From a virus, in the IMG/VR virus record IMGVR_UViG_3300009508_000004: a DNA stretch of 62,535 bases, one strand, 5' to 3'. The first letter of the stretch is position 1; each line of letters starts with the position of its first letter. The notes beneath the pieces were generated by a model. The model was not told the origin of the DNA, searched no databases, and worked only from the letters and a program-made list of their open reading frames with translations. Positions 1-7,923 of the stretch are shown here, one piece after another. The position numbers were made by a program, and so were the translations under genes.

Positions 1-123
1 AAGAGTATCTGTTGCGTCACTTCTTACAAAAGAACTACTATCTAAACCATCAAGTAATTCAGAATCTGCTGCTTTAGCAGTAGCATCTAACTTGGCATCT
101 ATAGCGGGTAATACTTCTTCTTC
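1..123. repeat. Terminal overlap; identical copy at 62413..62535 (circular-assembly closure)
   Basis: Read by eye: aagagtatctgttgcgtcac...gggtaatacttcttcttc occurs at both window ends. The overlap lies inside a coding frame. Confidence 0.95.
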
Positions 124-1854
124 TATGCGAAGATCGACCGCACCCGCACTACCTGCCGCATCATATAATCCTGCGTGATTACCCCAGCCGTAAGCGGTGT
201 TCCAGTCTGTAGAATTACCGCCAGTTGCGGTGATTACACCGTCTACCTGTAGTTTTGTGGCTGGACTAGCCGTCCCGATACCTACGTAGCCGTCACCTCT
301 TATTGCCAACTTTGTAGACCAACTACCCCCGTAATAAGTTTGAAAACAAAAATCTATGTTGTTTCCACTAGTCCAACTTCCGGCTCTAAACGTCATACCA
401 TTTGACGTATTGTAAAAGTTTGTTATATAATTGTAATAAGAACCATTATCATAAGCCCACGCAAGGTCTTCGGTATTTCCAAGTTGAATCGCGCCTTCAA
501 CGTGTAATTTTTGTTCCGGATTAGTTGTACCAATACCTACGTTGCCATTGTAATTAACACGCATTTTTTCACTGCCTGCTACTTGGAATGCAACTGGACC
601 TCCTGTATTTGAATTTAAATATGTACCAGTGCCAAAATAGAATCTATCATTACCAGCAGAGTCTTTTATAAACCCATCACCTGCACCATTGTCAAGTCTA
701 ATATTACCTCCTGATACGTGTAGTTTATCCGCAGGACTAGTAGTACCAATGCCTACGTTGCCTCTAACATACATATTACCGTTGTCATACATTATGACGT
801 TGTTAAATGTATCAGCAGAGTTGTTCCATCTAAAACCGTAAGATGGTGATCCTACAAAGTAAGCATTATCGGTAAGTGCGGATTTCCCGTTTAACTGTAT
901 GCCTCCGTTTACATCTAATTTGTAAGCTGGACTAGTAGTGCCAATACCTACATTGCCGGTGTATAACATTGTCATAGCAGAGCCAGCTCCAACGTTAGGG
1001 CTAAAATCAAAAGAACCAGCACCTTCATTATACCTAATTCTCCCTTGAGCAGCACCTGCATTACTCCAAAAATCTAAATCTAAACTTTGAGCATTATTTG
1101 TATTTTCAATAATAATACCTGTTGGTCCAGATGTTGTAGATTTTATATGTAACTTCTGCTGAGGACTAGTAGTCCCGATACCTACGTTGCCACTACCCTT
1201 AATGACCATTTTTTGGGTGGCATCGTTTAGGTTTGAAACGTTTTCATCGTGGGTGTAAAAGTTTAATTGAGTACTCCAGTCAACACCATTCTGACTTCTT
1301 GAACCTGTTATACCACTCCAGTGAGTTCCCTCTGAAGTTACACCAGTACCAAAATAAATACCAACCATATCGTCAGCATTACTTGAAAGGACGTTTATTA
1401 TTCCCTTCATATTGGTACCCTTAGTTATAGTACTTGAATAAGCGTTAGCTCCAGTTGAAGCAACGTTTAATTTAGCAGCAGGTGCGGTACTTCCAATACC
1501 AACGTTTGTATAACTATCAATGGTCATCGCATTAAACTGCCCAGCAGGGTGAAATGATATATTACCGTTGCTGTTGTATATGTTTAAAGCCCCAGCTCCG
1601 CCTGCTGCTGTATACGCTGTACCTGCTTTCCAAATCTGAGCATTACCATTATTTGTATACCATACTATATTAGTGTACTGAGACTGTACTCCGTTGCTTC
1701 CTAAGTAAATTTCACTAAAGTTTGCAGTTCCAGTAAACCTTGCTGCTGCACCTGTTCCACCACTATTTACCTCTAACTTAGTTCCAGGATCAGTGGCCCC
1801 AATACCTACGTTGCCTCCTGATGACTCTAGGGAACCTAATAACTTTAATGCCAT
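1..1854 (-). CDS. Tail fibre protein, N-terminal 577 codons (gene wraps through the window junction into 61312..62535; 984 aa in total)
   Basis: ATG at 1854..1852 (MALKLLGSLESSGGNVGIGATDPGTKLEV...). The frame stays open to position 1 and matches the frame of 62535..61312. Seven copies of a G-N/Y-VGIG-T/S-x-x-P-x-x-KL-x-V repeat. Missing from the ORF track because it runs off the window edge. Confidence 0.8.
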   Translation of the reverse strand, partial: MALKLLGSLESSGGNVGIGATDPGTKLEVNSGGTGAAARFTGTANFSEIYLGSNGVQSQYTNIVWYTNNGNAQIWKAGTAYTAAGGAGALNIYNSNGNISFHPAGQFNAMTIDSYTNVGIGSTAPAAKLNVASTGANAYSSTITKGTNMKGIINVLSSNADDMVGIYFGTGVTSEGTHWSGITGSRSQNGVDWSTQLNFYTHDENVSNLNDATQKMVIKGSGNVGIGTTSPQQKLHIKSTTSGPTGIIIENTNNAQSLDLDFWSNAGAAQGRIRYNEGAGSFDFSPNVGAGSAMTMLYTGNVGIGTTSPAYKLDVNGGIQLNGKSALTDNAYFVGSPSYGFRWNNSADTFNNVIMYDNGNMYVRGNVGIGTTSPADKLHVSGGNIRLDNGAGDGFIKDSAGNDRFYFGTGTYLNSNTGGPVAFQVAGSEKMRVNYNGNVGIGTTNPEQKLHVEGAIQLGNTEDLAWAYDNGSYYNYITNFYNTSNGMTFRAGSWTSGNNIDFCFQTYYGGSWSTKLAIRGDGYVGIGTASPATKLQVDGVITATGGNSTDWNTAYGWGNHAGLYDAAGSAGAVDLRIEEEVLPAIDAKLDATAKAADSELLDGLDSSSFVRSDATDTL

Positions 1855-1870
1855 ATTATATTAATTAATA

Positions 1871-1900
1871 AAGGGGAAGGAAGATCAAACTCCCTCCCCC
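1871..1900 (-). terminator. Hairpin after the 1935..3335 gene (candidate intrinsic terminator or attenuator)
   Basis: Minus-strand RNA is GGGGGAGGGA-guuugauc-UUCCUUCCCC, a 10-bp stem with G-U pairs, followed by UUUAUU. It lies between two minus-strand genes. Confidence 0.5.
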
Positions 1901-1934
1901 TTTTTATTATTACACTAATTTAGGTATAATTAGC

Positions 1935-3335
1935 TTACGAAGCCGCAGCTCCAACTGCAATAACATTGTATGTTGCGTCCGGGGCGTTAATTGTTATTGT
2001 CATTTCACCACCAGAAACCGTTTGACGTATGTCAACTAACACTAACTGGCCATTTTCGTCATACACCTGAACATTAGCAGGGAATGTTAACCCGTGTGCT
2101 GAGTGTGCAATAGTAGCTGTACCTGAAGATGTTGTAACCGATGCGGCGTACGCTACTGGTTTAGAGTCAAGCTGCGCTTGAATTGCAGATGTAACACCAT
2201 CTACGTAGTTAAGCTCTGTTGTAGTAGCAGTAACTCCGTCAAGGATGTTAAGTTCTGAAGCCGTAGCCGTAACACCATCCAAAATGTTAAGTTCCGCAGC
2301 AGTTGAAGTAACTGCAACATTATTTAGCTTAAGACCAGAAGCAGTCTTGATGTCTATCTGACCAATTATGATATTTCCGTTAGTTCCCGCAAATACTTCG
2401 GAATTATTGGTTGCATCAGTTAAGAATACAAAAGCCTCTTGACTATCATCGTATCCGTAGAAACCAACAAAAGCTTCAGTTCCATTATGGTAACGGAATT
2501 CAATACCACGGTCTTTGTTGTCATCAGCTGTAGGAGCTGTATCACCACCAAGAGTAAAGATTGGATCGTCAACGGTTACCGTAGTAGAGTTGATTGTTGT
2601 AGTTGTTCCAGCTACAGTTAAATCACCATCAACGATAAAGTCTCCAGTTACTTGTACGTCTGGAGTATTAGTGCTTGAGCCAATAATAATAGTTGTCGCT
2701 CCAGTGCCGTGTACGTTTTCAGCGTGTGTAGTATCTAATGCTGCAAGTGTAGCTGTTAAGTTTGTTCCTGATACACTGTCATCTACTGGTGTTGCAAATG
2801 ATAAAGTTCCAGAACCGTCCGTTTTTAAGAATTGACCGTTAGATCCATCAGTAACATTCAATCGTGCAATATCTACCGAGTTGTCTGCAATTTTAGCTGC
2901 TGTTACTGCATCGGTTGCAAGTTTATCTGTTGTAACCTGAGCGTCTGCAATTTTTATTGTACTAACCGCATCGGTAGCAAGTTTTGCAGTACCAACCGCG
3001 CCATCTGCTAGTTTACCAGAAGTAACTGCAAGGTTAGCAATGAGCCCGGTAGCTACACCAAATGCTTTAATAGAAAGAGTGTTACTGCTAAGAGTAATAC
3101 TAGTCTCATCAGCAGAAGCGCCAACTAGTTCCCATGCGGTACCGTTATATACTTTTAATTTGTTAAGCGTAGTATCATAAGCAAACTGACCTGAAGCAGG
3201 TGACGTAATGCCAGCAATCTGCGTAGAGTTGAGGTTATGAATCTGTGCGCTCCGGAGCTCGTTCTTCTGTAAATCTAAAAATGAGGAGAGACTTATGCTC
3301 GTTGCGTCTAACCCCGATACAATCTTTAATGCCAT
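1935..3335 (-). CDS. Tail fibre-like structural protein (466 aa)
   Basis: Fibre-type repeats VTSGKLADGAVGTAKLATDAVSTIKIADAQVTTDKLATDAVTAAKIADNSV and tandem ELNILDGVTAT x3. Lies in the fibre cluster. Confidence 0.7.
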   Translation of the reverse strand: MALKIVSGLDATSISLSSFLDLQKNELRSAQIHNLNSTQIAGITSPASGQFAYDTTLNKLKVYNGTAWELVGASADETSITLSSNTLSIKAFGVATGLIANLAVTSGKLADGAVGTAKLATDAVSTIKIADAQVTTDKLATDAVTAAKIADNSVDIARLNVTDGSNGQFLKTDGSGTLSFATPVDDSVSGTNLTATLAALDTTHAENVHGTGATTIIIGSSTNTPDVQVTGDFIVDGDLTVAGTTTTINSTTVTVDDPIFTLGGDTAPTADDNKDRGIEFRYHNGTEAFVGFYGYDDSQEAFVFLTDATNNSEVFAGTNGNIIIGQIDIKTASGLKLNNVAVTSTAAELNILDGVTATASELNILDGVTATTTELNYVDGVTSAIQAQLDSKPVAYAASVTTSSGTATIAHSAHGLTFPANVQVYDENGQLVLVDIRQTVSGGEMTITINAPDATYNVIAVGAAAS

Positions 3336-3359
3336 TGTTTTTTTGTTTTTGTTTCTTGT

Positions 3360-4058
3360 TTAGTTAAAATAGGCTTTTCCAGAGTATGGAGTGGAGAACC
3401 TTAGTTCTACTTGATTTAAAGAGGTATACTCAACCTCACATATAATTACATTTTCAGTGCTGTCCACTACGGATACAGCGGGTTGTTTATCTAAATTGTG
3501 TGTTATTGTCCATGTAGCTGCTGCTGAGGATTGCGTATGAGTGTACTTTTTGTCCGCACCCGCAGTTGTGGTATTACTAAATACGTAATAAGCCTCGTCT
3601 GTGAGACTCCCGTTAGTATTTACAGCAGTAACGTCTACAACAATAAAGTTATTGTCATCTTCATAGTCGTATGAGCTTGTAACGAAGTATTCTCCACGTA
3701 CGTTAGGGTTGCCTACTTCTACAATAACAAATTTGCTAGCTATAATGGTACTCAGCATGTGGCTCACGTCAAGGCTGTCTTCTAGCATGTGTTTACTTAT
3801 TGTAAAACTCCTTACATCCGCCAGCTGCACAACAGAATTGCTGTCCCCCACCCAAAAATCTCCTTTTAAGCGGTCCGATAAGCCCACTATATGTCTGAAA
3901 GACAACTGGCCCTCTGAAGTAATTACACTTTTATTTGCAAAATACTCCCCAATCTTCTTAAGTGGGTAGTTTTTAGTAGCACCGCCAATATCGGTACCTA
4001 ATACTTTGTCATTACCGGCTACATCAGTATCTGTAGTATACGTATTTAATCTAGCCAT
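3360..4058 (-). CDS. Virion/tail-associated protein (232 aa)
   Basis: C-terminal W-x-I-x-HNL-x-x-x-P-x-V-x-V module (ATWTITHNLDKQPAVSVVD), common in phage fibre/receptor-binding accessory proteins. Position in the fibre cluster. Confidence 0.5.
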   Translation of the reverse strand: MARLNTYTTDTDVAGNDKVLGTDIGGATKNYPLKKIGEYFANKSVITSEGQLSFRHIVGLSDRLKGDFWVGDSNSVVQLADVRSFTISKHMLEDSLDVSHMLSTIIASKFVIVEVGNPNVRGEYFVTSSYDYEDDNNFIVVDVTAVNTNGSLTDEAYYVFSNTTTAGADKKYTHTQSSAAATWTITHNLDKQPAVSVVDSTENVIICEVEYTSLNQVELRFSTPYSGKAYFN

Positions 4059-4341
4059 TTCGACGTTTTACCTTATAGTTCTTGTTTCCTTCTTTTTTCG
4101 TGCCTTCGCCCCTGTTCCCACGGTTTGCAGCCACCGAAACGAAGCGATTTGTCCTGTGATCGAAGTCCATACCCTCAATACTGCGCCCATTTTTCTTAGC
4201 AGCGCGCCGTTGTGCCTGAGAATCAGCCTTTTTAGCCCTACGTGCAGGCGATTTCGCATACCTGAGGTCTCTCTCTGCCTTAGCCTTTGCAGCTTCCGGC
4301 GATAATTTCTGCTTTAAAGGTGAATTTGGCATATTAAACAT
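4051..4341 (-). CDS. Small highly basic protein with N-terminal SPLKQ box (96 aa)
   Basis: MFNMPNSPLKQKLSPEAAKAK...KSPARRAKK. K/R-rich with SPxK/SPxR motifs. The start may instead be the ATG at 4332. Confidence 0.6.
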   Translation of the reverse strand: MFNMPNSPLKQKLSPEAAKAKAERDLRYAKSPARRAKKADSQAQRRAAKKNGRSIEGMDFDHRTNRFVSVAANRGNRGEGTKKEGNKNYKVKRRNG

Positions 4342-4343
4342 GT

Positions 4344-4625
4344 TTATTTCCCTGAAACTAATCCGTGTAACTGTACGGTGGCATCGGCAATAGCACCTGT
4401 TTTTCTACCCGTCCATTTGCCAGCCGTCTTTGAAGCCGCTTTTCTTATGCCCGCCTTCGCAACCGTACCTATGCCAGGTAAACCCACTAGAGTATTGTCC
4501 ATTTTAATACCCCCTGTGCCTGTTTTCTCTCTTTTAGTGCGCAATGCTTGGTTTATTTCATCGCTAGACATCACTTGTTTTAGAGGTGATCCTAATGAGT
4601 TGGGTCCGATTCCTTTTTTATACAT
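4344..4625 (-). CDS. Small basic protein with GIGPxxLGSPLKQ N-terminus (93 aa)
   Basis: I place the start at the internal ATG 4625..4623 (MYKKGIGPNSLGSPLKQ...). This N-terminus is paralogous to those of 22316..22651 and 22663..22797. The track ORF extends to 4676. Confidence 0.55.
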   Translation of the reverse strand: MYKKGIGPNSLGSPLKQVMSSDEINQALRTKREKTGTGGIKMDNTLVGLPGIGTVAKAGIRKAASKTAGKWTGRKTGAIADATVQLHGLVSGK

Positions 4626-4904
4626 TATTAGCTTGTTACGATCATACCTTGTATGATTACGCACACGCGCAAACACTTAACATGCGACATTAGGTAGCTA
4701 TGTTTATTATTATATACCCTATCGTCACACTACCCCGTAGTTAATTTTATTCCGAAGGAATTTTTTTTTTAAAATGAACCAATTTTAGTCCACCCCACTG
4801 AAAAAATTTTTGTAAGATACAGGGAACTAACGGGTAACATATATAAAATAATTGATACACCCCAAAACGGAAACTGATTTCTTTTGGCCAGCCCCCCTGT
4901 TGAT

Positions 4905-5036
4905 TCTGGTTTCCGGTTCACGGTTCACGGGTTCCAGGTCTGGTCCCGGCTACTGATCTGGTCAGACTAACTGTTTTCCGTGCACGGTTCGGGCTTTTCC
5001 CCTGGTCTGGTCTGGTCCCGGCTCTGGTCCTGGCTG
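4905..5036. repeat. GC-rich short tandem/dispersed repeats in the divergent hub
   Basis: ggttcacggttcacgggttcc; tctggtcccggct occurs twice (4939 and 5010); ctggtctggtctggtc. No credible ORF here. Confidence 0.7.
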
Positions 5037-5113
5037 TGTGCATGCGAGCGGCAGCGAGCTGCAAGCGTATAGCATATAGGTGTATATACCTAGGTGTTTG
5101 TGCATATAGCATT

Positions 5114-5157
5114 CTTACAAAACCGACACGAGATGGTATCGATAATATATATGTAAC
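5114..5157 (+). promoter_or_regulatory. Early promoter-like cassette, copy 1 of 14
   Basis: cttacaaaaccgacacgagatggtatcgataatatatatgtaac; ATG at 5174. Confidence 0.6.
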
Positions 5158-5173
5158 CAAAAGAGTAATACAC

Positions 5174-5329
5174 ATGATAACATTCACACAGTTCTTCAAC
5201 GAAAACGCGAACCACTACTCACTCATCAAGTACAAGACTAACTACGCGAACCTGACAGATGAACAGATGGAACAGATCGACTACGAGGTCGGCATCGAGT
5301 GGGTAGACTACAGGATGGAACGGGTCTAA
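5174..5329 (+). CDS. Hypothetical early protein (51 aa)
   Basis: ATG 17 nt after cassette copy 1. This is the 3' part of track ORF 5036..5329 (MITFTQFFNENANHY...). Confidence 0.55.
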   Translation: MITFTQFFNENANHYSLIKYKTNYANLTDEQMEQIDYEVGIEWVDYRMERV

Positions 5330-5372
5330 CTACAGGACCGACACGAGTGACTGACGATAATATAAATGTAAC
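5330..5372 (+). promoter_or_regulatory. Early promoter-like cassette, copy 2 of 14
   Basis: ctacaggaccgacacgagtgactgacgataatataaatgtaac; ATG at 5386. Confidence 0.55.
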
Positions 5373-5385
5373 TAAAAGAAACTAT

Positions 5386-5574
5386 ATGACTACTACTGAC
5401 AACAACCTCGCCCTACTACAAGACCTTTACCTATGTGTGTCTGCGACCAGACCAAAGAACATGGACCAACTACTAAACTTCCTTGAGGATCAGATGGCGA
5501 TTGAAGAGGATGTGATGTATGAACCAGATACAGAGGCCAAGTACTTGGACGTCTTCTTGAAGAAGAACAAGTAA
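5386..5574 (+). CDS. Hypothetical early protein (62 aa)
   Basis: ATG 14 nt after copy 2. This is the 3' part of track ORF 5299..5574 (MTTTDNNLALLQDLY...). Confidence 0.55.
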   Translation: MTTTDNNLALLQDLYLCVSATRPKNMDQLLNFLEDQMAIEEDVMYEPDTEAKYLDVFLKKNK

Positions 5575-5824
5575 CAACATAACAGGAGCAGTCGCTTGAC
5601 ACGGGAGCAAGCCAACGAAACAGACTGCAAGCAGGACAGCCTAGCAGCTTAATCCGCGCAGAGGCCAGCAACATAAGAACCTGGTGCCACGGCTGGACCT
5701 GCATCCTGTACACATAACAGGGGACAGCAACAGTGCTGAACTAATATCGGAACAGATGACCGGAGAGGATCCGGCAAAAAGACCAGGTGTGGTTTCGAGC
5801 CTGGCGCCCTGTGCGCCTCAAGGC

Positions 5825-5910
5825 GTATAGCAAAATGTATAGCATTTTGTGCATAGCATTTTATACCTAGTACAATATACCTAGTGTTTATACCTAGTAT
5901 TATATACCTA
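5825..5910. repeat. Array of two short words at about 13-bp spacing (operator/iteron candidates)
   Basis: GTATAGCA at 5825 and 5837, GCATAGCA at 5851, then ATACCTA(G) at 5863, 5877, 5890 and 5904. The same words recur upstream of copy 1 (5067, 5086, 5104). Confidence 0.6.
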
Positions 5911-5917
5911 CAATTTT

Positions 5918-5961
5918 CTTACAAAACCGACACGATGGAGTTTCGATAATATAAGTGTAAC
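5918..5961 (+). promoter_or_regulatory. Early promoter-like cassette, copy 3 of 14
   Basis: cttacaaaaccgacacgatggagtttcgataatataagtgtaac; ATG at 5976. Confidence 0.6.
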
Positions 5962-5975
5962 AAAAAAGAAATAAT

Positions 5976-6146
5976 ATGAATCCACCAATTATCAACTTCC
6001 AAGACTATCTACTATTTAGAAAAGACGACTTTGCAAATGCAACATTCGGAGTGCTATACGACCAGCTGTCAAGCGTAGGCAAAAATCTGATCGACGACGA
6101 CGTCGCTTCTGAATACATCAAAATCTTCAATCTGCTATACAAGTAA
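5976..6146 (+). CDS. Hypothetical early protein (56 aa)
   Basis: Below the track cutoff: MNPPIINFQDYLLFRKDDFANATFGVLYDQLSSVGKNLIDDDVASEYIKIFNLLYK. ATG 15 nt after copy 3; the stop abuts copy 4. Confidence 0.5.
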   Translation: MNPPIINFQDYLLFRKDDFANATFGVLYDQLSSVGKNLIDDDVASEYIKIFNLLYK

Positions 6147-6190
6147 CTTACAAAACCAATACGAGACTAAAACGATAATATAAACGTAAC
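6147..6190 (+). promoter_or_regulatory. Early promoter-like cassette, copy 4 of 14
   Basis: cttacaaaaccaatacgagactaaaacgataatataaacgtaac; ATG at 6205. Confidence 0.6.
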
Positions 6191-6204
6191 TAAAAACAAG
6201 TAAT

Positions 6205-6534
6205 ATGAAAAAAGAAATGAACAACAAAGAAATCGTACGTCAGGCAATCGCTAAAATGTCAGACGCTGAAAAAGCAAAAGTATTCCCTCCAATCGAACGT
6301 AAGAACTTCGTAGTGCGTGAAAACTGGTACGGACGCAATCAAATCATAACGTTCGTCAACAACAAAAAGCAACGTGTAACGTACAACCACGATGAAGCTC
6401 TCAAGCTCATGTTGCCAAAACTCAAGCTACAAGCTTGCTGGCAAAAGCGTGGCTACTGGTCGCAGTCGACTGACATGCCCATGATTGTGAGACACTCTGA
6501 TGCAGTGCTTGAGCGTACTGAGGTGGCCGAATAG
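6205..6534 (+). CDS. Hypothetical early protein (109 aa)
   Basis: Track ORF. ATG 15 nt after copy 4. Followed by the hairpin caccc-tccg-gggtg at 6541..6554. Confidence 0.65.
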   Translation: MKKEMNNKEIVRQAIAKMSDAEKAKVFPPIERKNFVVRENWYGRNQIITFVNNKKQRVTYNHDEALKLMLPKLKLQACWQKRGYWSQSTDMPMIVRHSDAVLERTEVAE

Positions 6535-6562
6535 GCCCCTCACCCTCCGGGGTGCTATACAA

Positions 6563-6600
6563 CCTACAAAACCTATACGATCAACAACCGATAATATAAC
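6563..6600 (+). promoter_or_regulatory. Early promoter-like cassette, copy 5 of 14 (3' GTAAC part missing)
   Basis: cctacaaaacctatacgatcaacaaccgataatataac; next ATG at 6604. Confidence 0.5.
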
Positions 6601-6603
6601 TGA

Positions 6604-6693
6604 ATGAAACAAATACTAACTGAATATGCTGAACCAGTAATTGTACTGATAGCTGTAACCATTGTAACCTTAATCCTTATACATGCACACTAA
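6604..6693 (+). CDS. Possible 29-aa membrane micropeptide
   Basis: MKQILTEYAEPVIVLIAVTIVTLILIHAH. ATG 4 nt after copy 5; the stop overlaps the next start region. Very short, so uncertain. Confidence 0.3.
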   Translation: MKQILTEYAEPVIVLIAVTIVTLILIHAH

Positions 6694-6694
6694 T

Positions 6695-6919
6695 ATGAAA
6701 CTAGACAACCTACAACTGATCGCGCTCACAGCGCTTGTAACAATGACCCTGATCTCTGCACTATACACAGTGCTGCACAAACCAGAACTACCTCACCACG
6801 CTGTGGTTGTACAGGACGGCCTGGTTGACGTCTGGACACAAGACCAGATGCTAATGAAAGACGGTGTGCTATACATCACTTTCGACCCGATCCGTCAAAT
6901 GAATCTTTTACAAGACTAA
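6695..6919 (+). CDS. Small membrane protein (74 aa; alternative in-frame start at 6683)
   Basis: MKLDNLQLIALTALVTMTLISALYTVL..., one predicted TM helix. The last codons (LLQD*) form the 5' half of cassette copy 6. Confidence 0.55.
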   Translation: MKLDNLQLIALTALVTMTLISALYTVLHKPELPHHAVVVQDGLVDVWTQDQMLMKDGVLYITFDPIRQMNLLQD

Positions 6920-6950
6920 TACGGGAACTGTACGATAATATAACTGTAAC
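6906..6950 (+). promoter_or_regulatory. Early promoter-like cassette, copy 6 of 14
   Basis: ttttacaagactaatacgggaactgtacgataatataactgtaac; ATG at 6966. Confidence 0.6.
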
Positions 6951-6965
6951 TACAAAACGAATATT

Positions 6966-7178
6966 ATGAAACTAAATGGAAAACCTTTTGCAATCGAAAA
7001 CATTGACGGCATTTACATGCATGACTACCCTGACTTCTGTGACGCATATATTGAAGATGCATCTATTCTTGAAGACGGCAAATGGCGATCTGCTACTGAT
7101 GCCGAAATCGACCAAGCGAACGATGAGTTCTACGATACTATAAACGAAATTATTCACAGCGACCAACTATACTTATAA
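6966..7178 (+). CDS. Hypothetical acidic early protein (70 aa)
   Basis: Track ORF; ATG 16 nt after copy 6. Confidence 0.6.
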   Translation: MKLNGKPFAIENIDGIYMHDYPDFCDAYIEDASILEDGKWRSATDAEIDQANDEFYDTINEIIHSDQLYL

Positions 7179-7182
7179 TACT

Positions 7183-7386
7183 ATGGATACAAGAACAGAA
7201 GCATACGAGTACTGTGTAAGACAAGTAAACGACTACCCAACACTGGCTGACCAGATCAACGACTTCTACAGCCTGTTCCGAATGGAGATATCAGATTCTG
7301 AAACGTCTGTTGAAAACGAGTGGGAGTTGCTATACAGCGATGTTGAGGACTTAATAAAGACTTACAAGATCAGTACGACTGTCTAA
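7183..7386 (+). CDS. Hypothetical acidic early protein (67 aa)
   Basis: Track ORF, tightly packed after 6966..7178. Its 3' end contains the 5' half of copy 7. Confidence 0.6.
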   Translation: MDTRTEAYEYCVRQVNDYPTLADQINDFYSLFRMEISDSETSVENEWELLYSDVEDLIKTYKISTTV

Positions 7387-7404
7387 CGATAATATAACTG
7401 TAAC
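7361..7404 (+). promoter_or_regulatory. Early promoter-like cassette, copy 7 of 14
   Basis: cttacaagatcagtacgactgtctaacgataatataactgtaac; ATG at 7420. Confidence 0.6.
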
Positions 7405-7419
7405 TAAAAAAGTAATACT

Positions 7420-7584
7420 ATGAAACCACAAGAAATCGTATCACTACACGCAGATGCCCATGAAGCTATCAGATACTTCTACGAGATAGGAATGATAGAC
7501 AACCTGCACGGTGATCAACAGCACTACGTCGAAGCACTAATCAAATTCGCTGCAAACAAAATGCACATAGAATTAGTAGGGTAA
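7420..7584 (+). CDS. Hypothetical early protein (54 aa)
   Basis: Below the track cutoff: MKPQEIVSLHADAHEAIRYFYEIGMIDNLHGDQQHYVEALIKFAANKMHIELVG. Followed by a hairpin at 7590..7604. Confidence 0.5.
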   Translation: MKPQEIVSLHADAHEAIRYFYEIGMIDNLHGDQQHYVEALIKFAANKMHIELVG

Positions 7585-7830
7585 CACCCACCCCCTAGCG
7601 GGGTTGCTATACACCGGCCTGCTCCTGAAATAAGAGCGGAAGAGTAGACTCCGTCCTACATAAAGGTTTTTATGCTATACACCGGCACGTCGGCGGAAGC
7701 GAATAAAACGGTATGCAGAAACACCGGTGGTTCGCGTTTCTCACCTTTTTTTTACCAAATAAAACAGTGACAATAGGGTGTTATGTAGTATACTTAATAG
7801 GCTAACGTCACTATTTCCCAAGTATCCTCA

Positions 7831-7857
7831 CTTTCTAGCGAAAGCTTCTTTTTTTTT
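7831..7857 (+). terminator. Candidate intrinsic terminator inside the 7585..7989 non-coding gap
   Basis: ctttc-tagc-gaaag stem-loop followed by a cttc T9 run. The stem is short and AT-rich. Confidence 0.35.
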
Positions 7858-7923
7858 ACCCCACACACAGAGGAGCTGAGTAGTACCTGTATTCCTTTTT
7901 TTTCTTACAAATGAAGTATATGC

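Noticed and set aside
4749-4770. attcc-gaa-ggaat plus T10 as a strong terminator in the hub
   Set aside because: The stem is only 5 bp and AT-rich, and no gene ends just upstream on the plus strand. It is kept only as a descriptive element within the hub finding.
4918-5199. Track ORF 4918..5199 (-) and ORF 5393..5713 (-) in the GC-rich non-coding blocks
   Set aside because: They are antisense to the early arm and composed of low-complexity G/R/P/T translations of the micro-repeats. They overlap promoter cassettes and plus-strand ORFs. Judged spurious.
5783-5817. tRNA-like T-arm (ggtttcgagcc) in the GC-rich island
   Set aside because: The stem ccagg/cctgg encloses a 12-nt loop, not 7 nt. No acceptor, D or anticodon arms could be built around it. 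I found no convincing tRNA anywhere in the window by eye. A tRNAscan-SE run would settle this.
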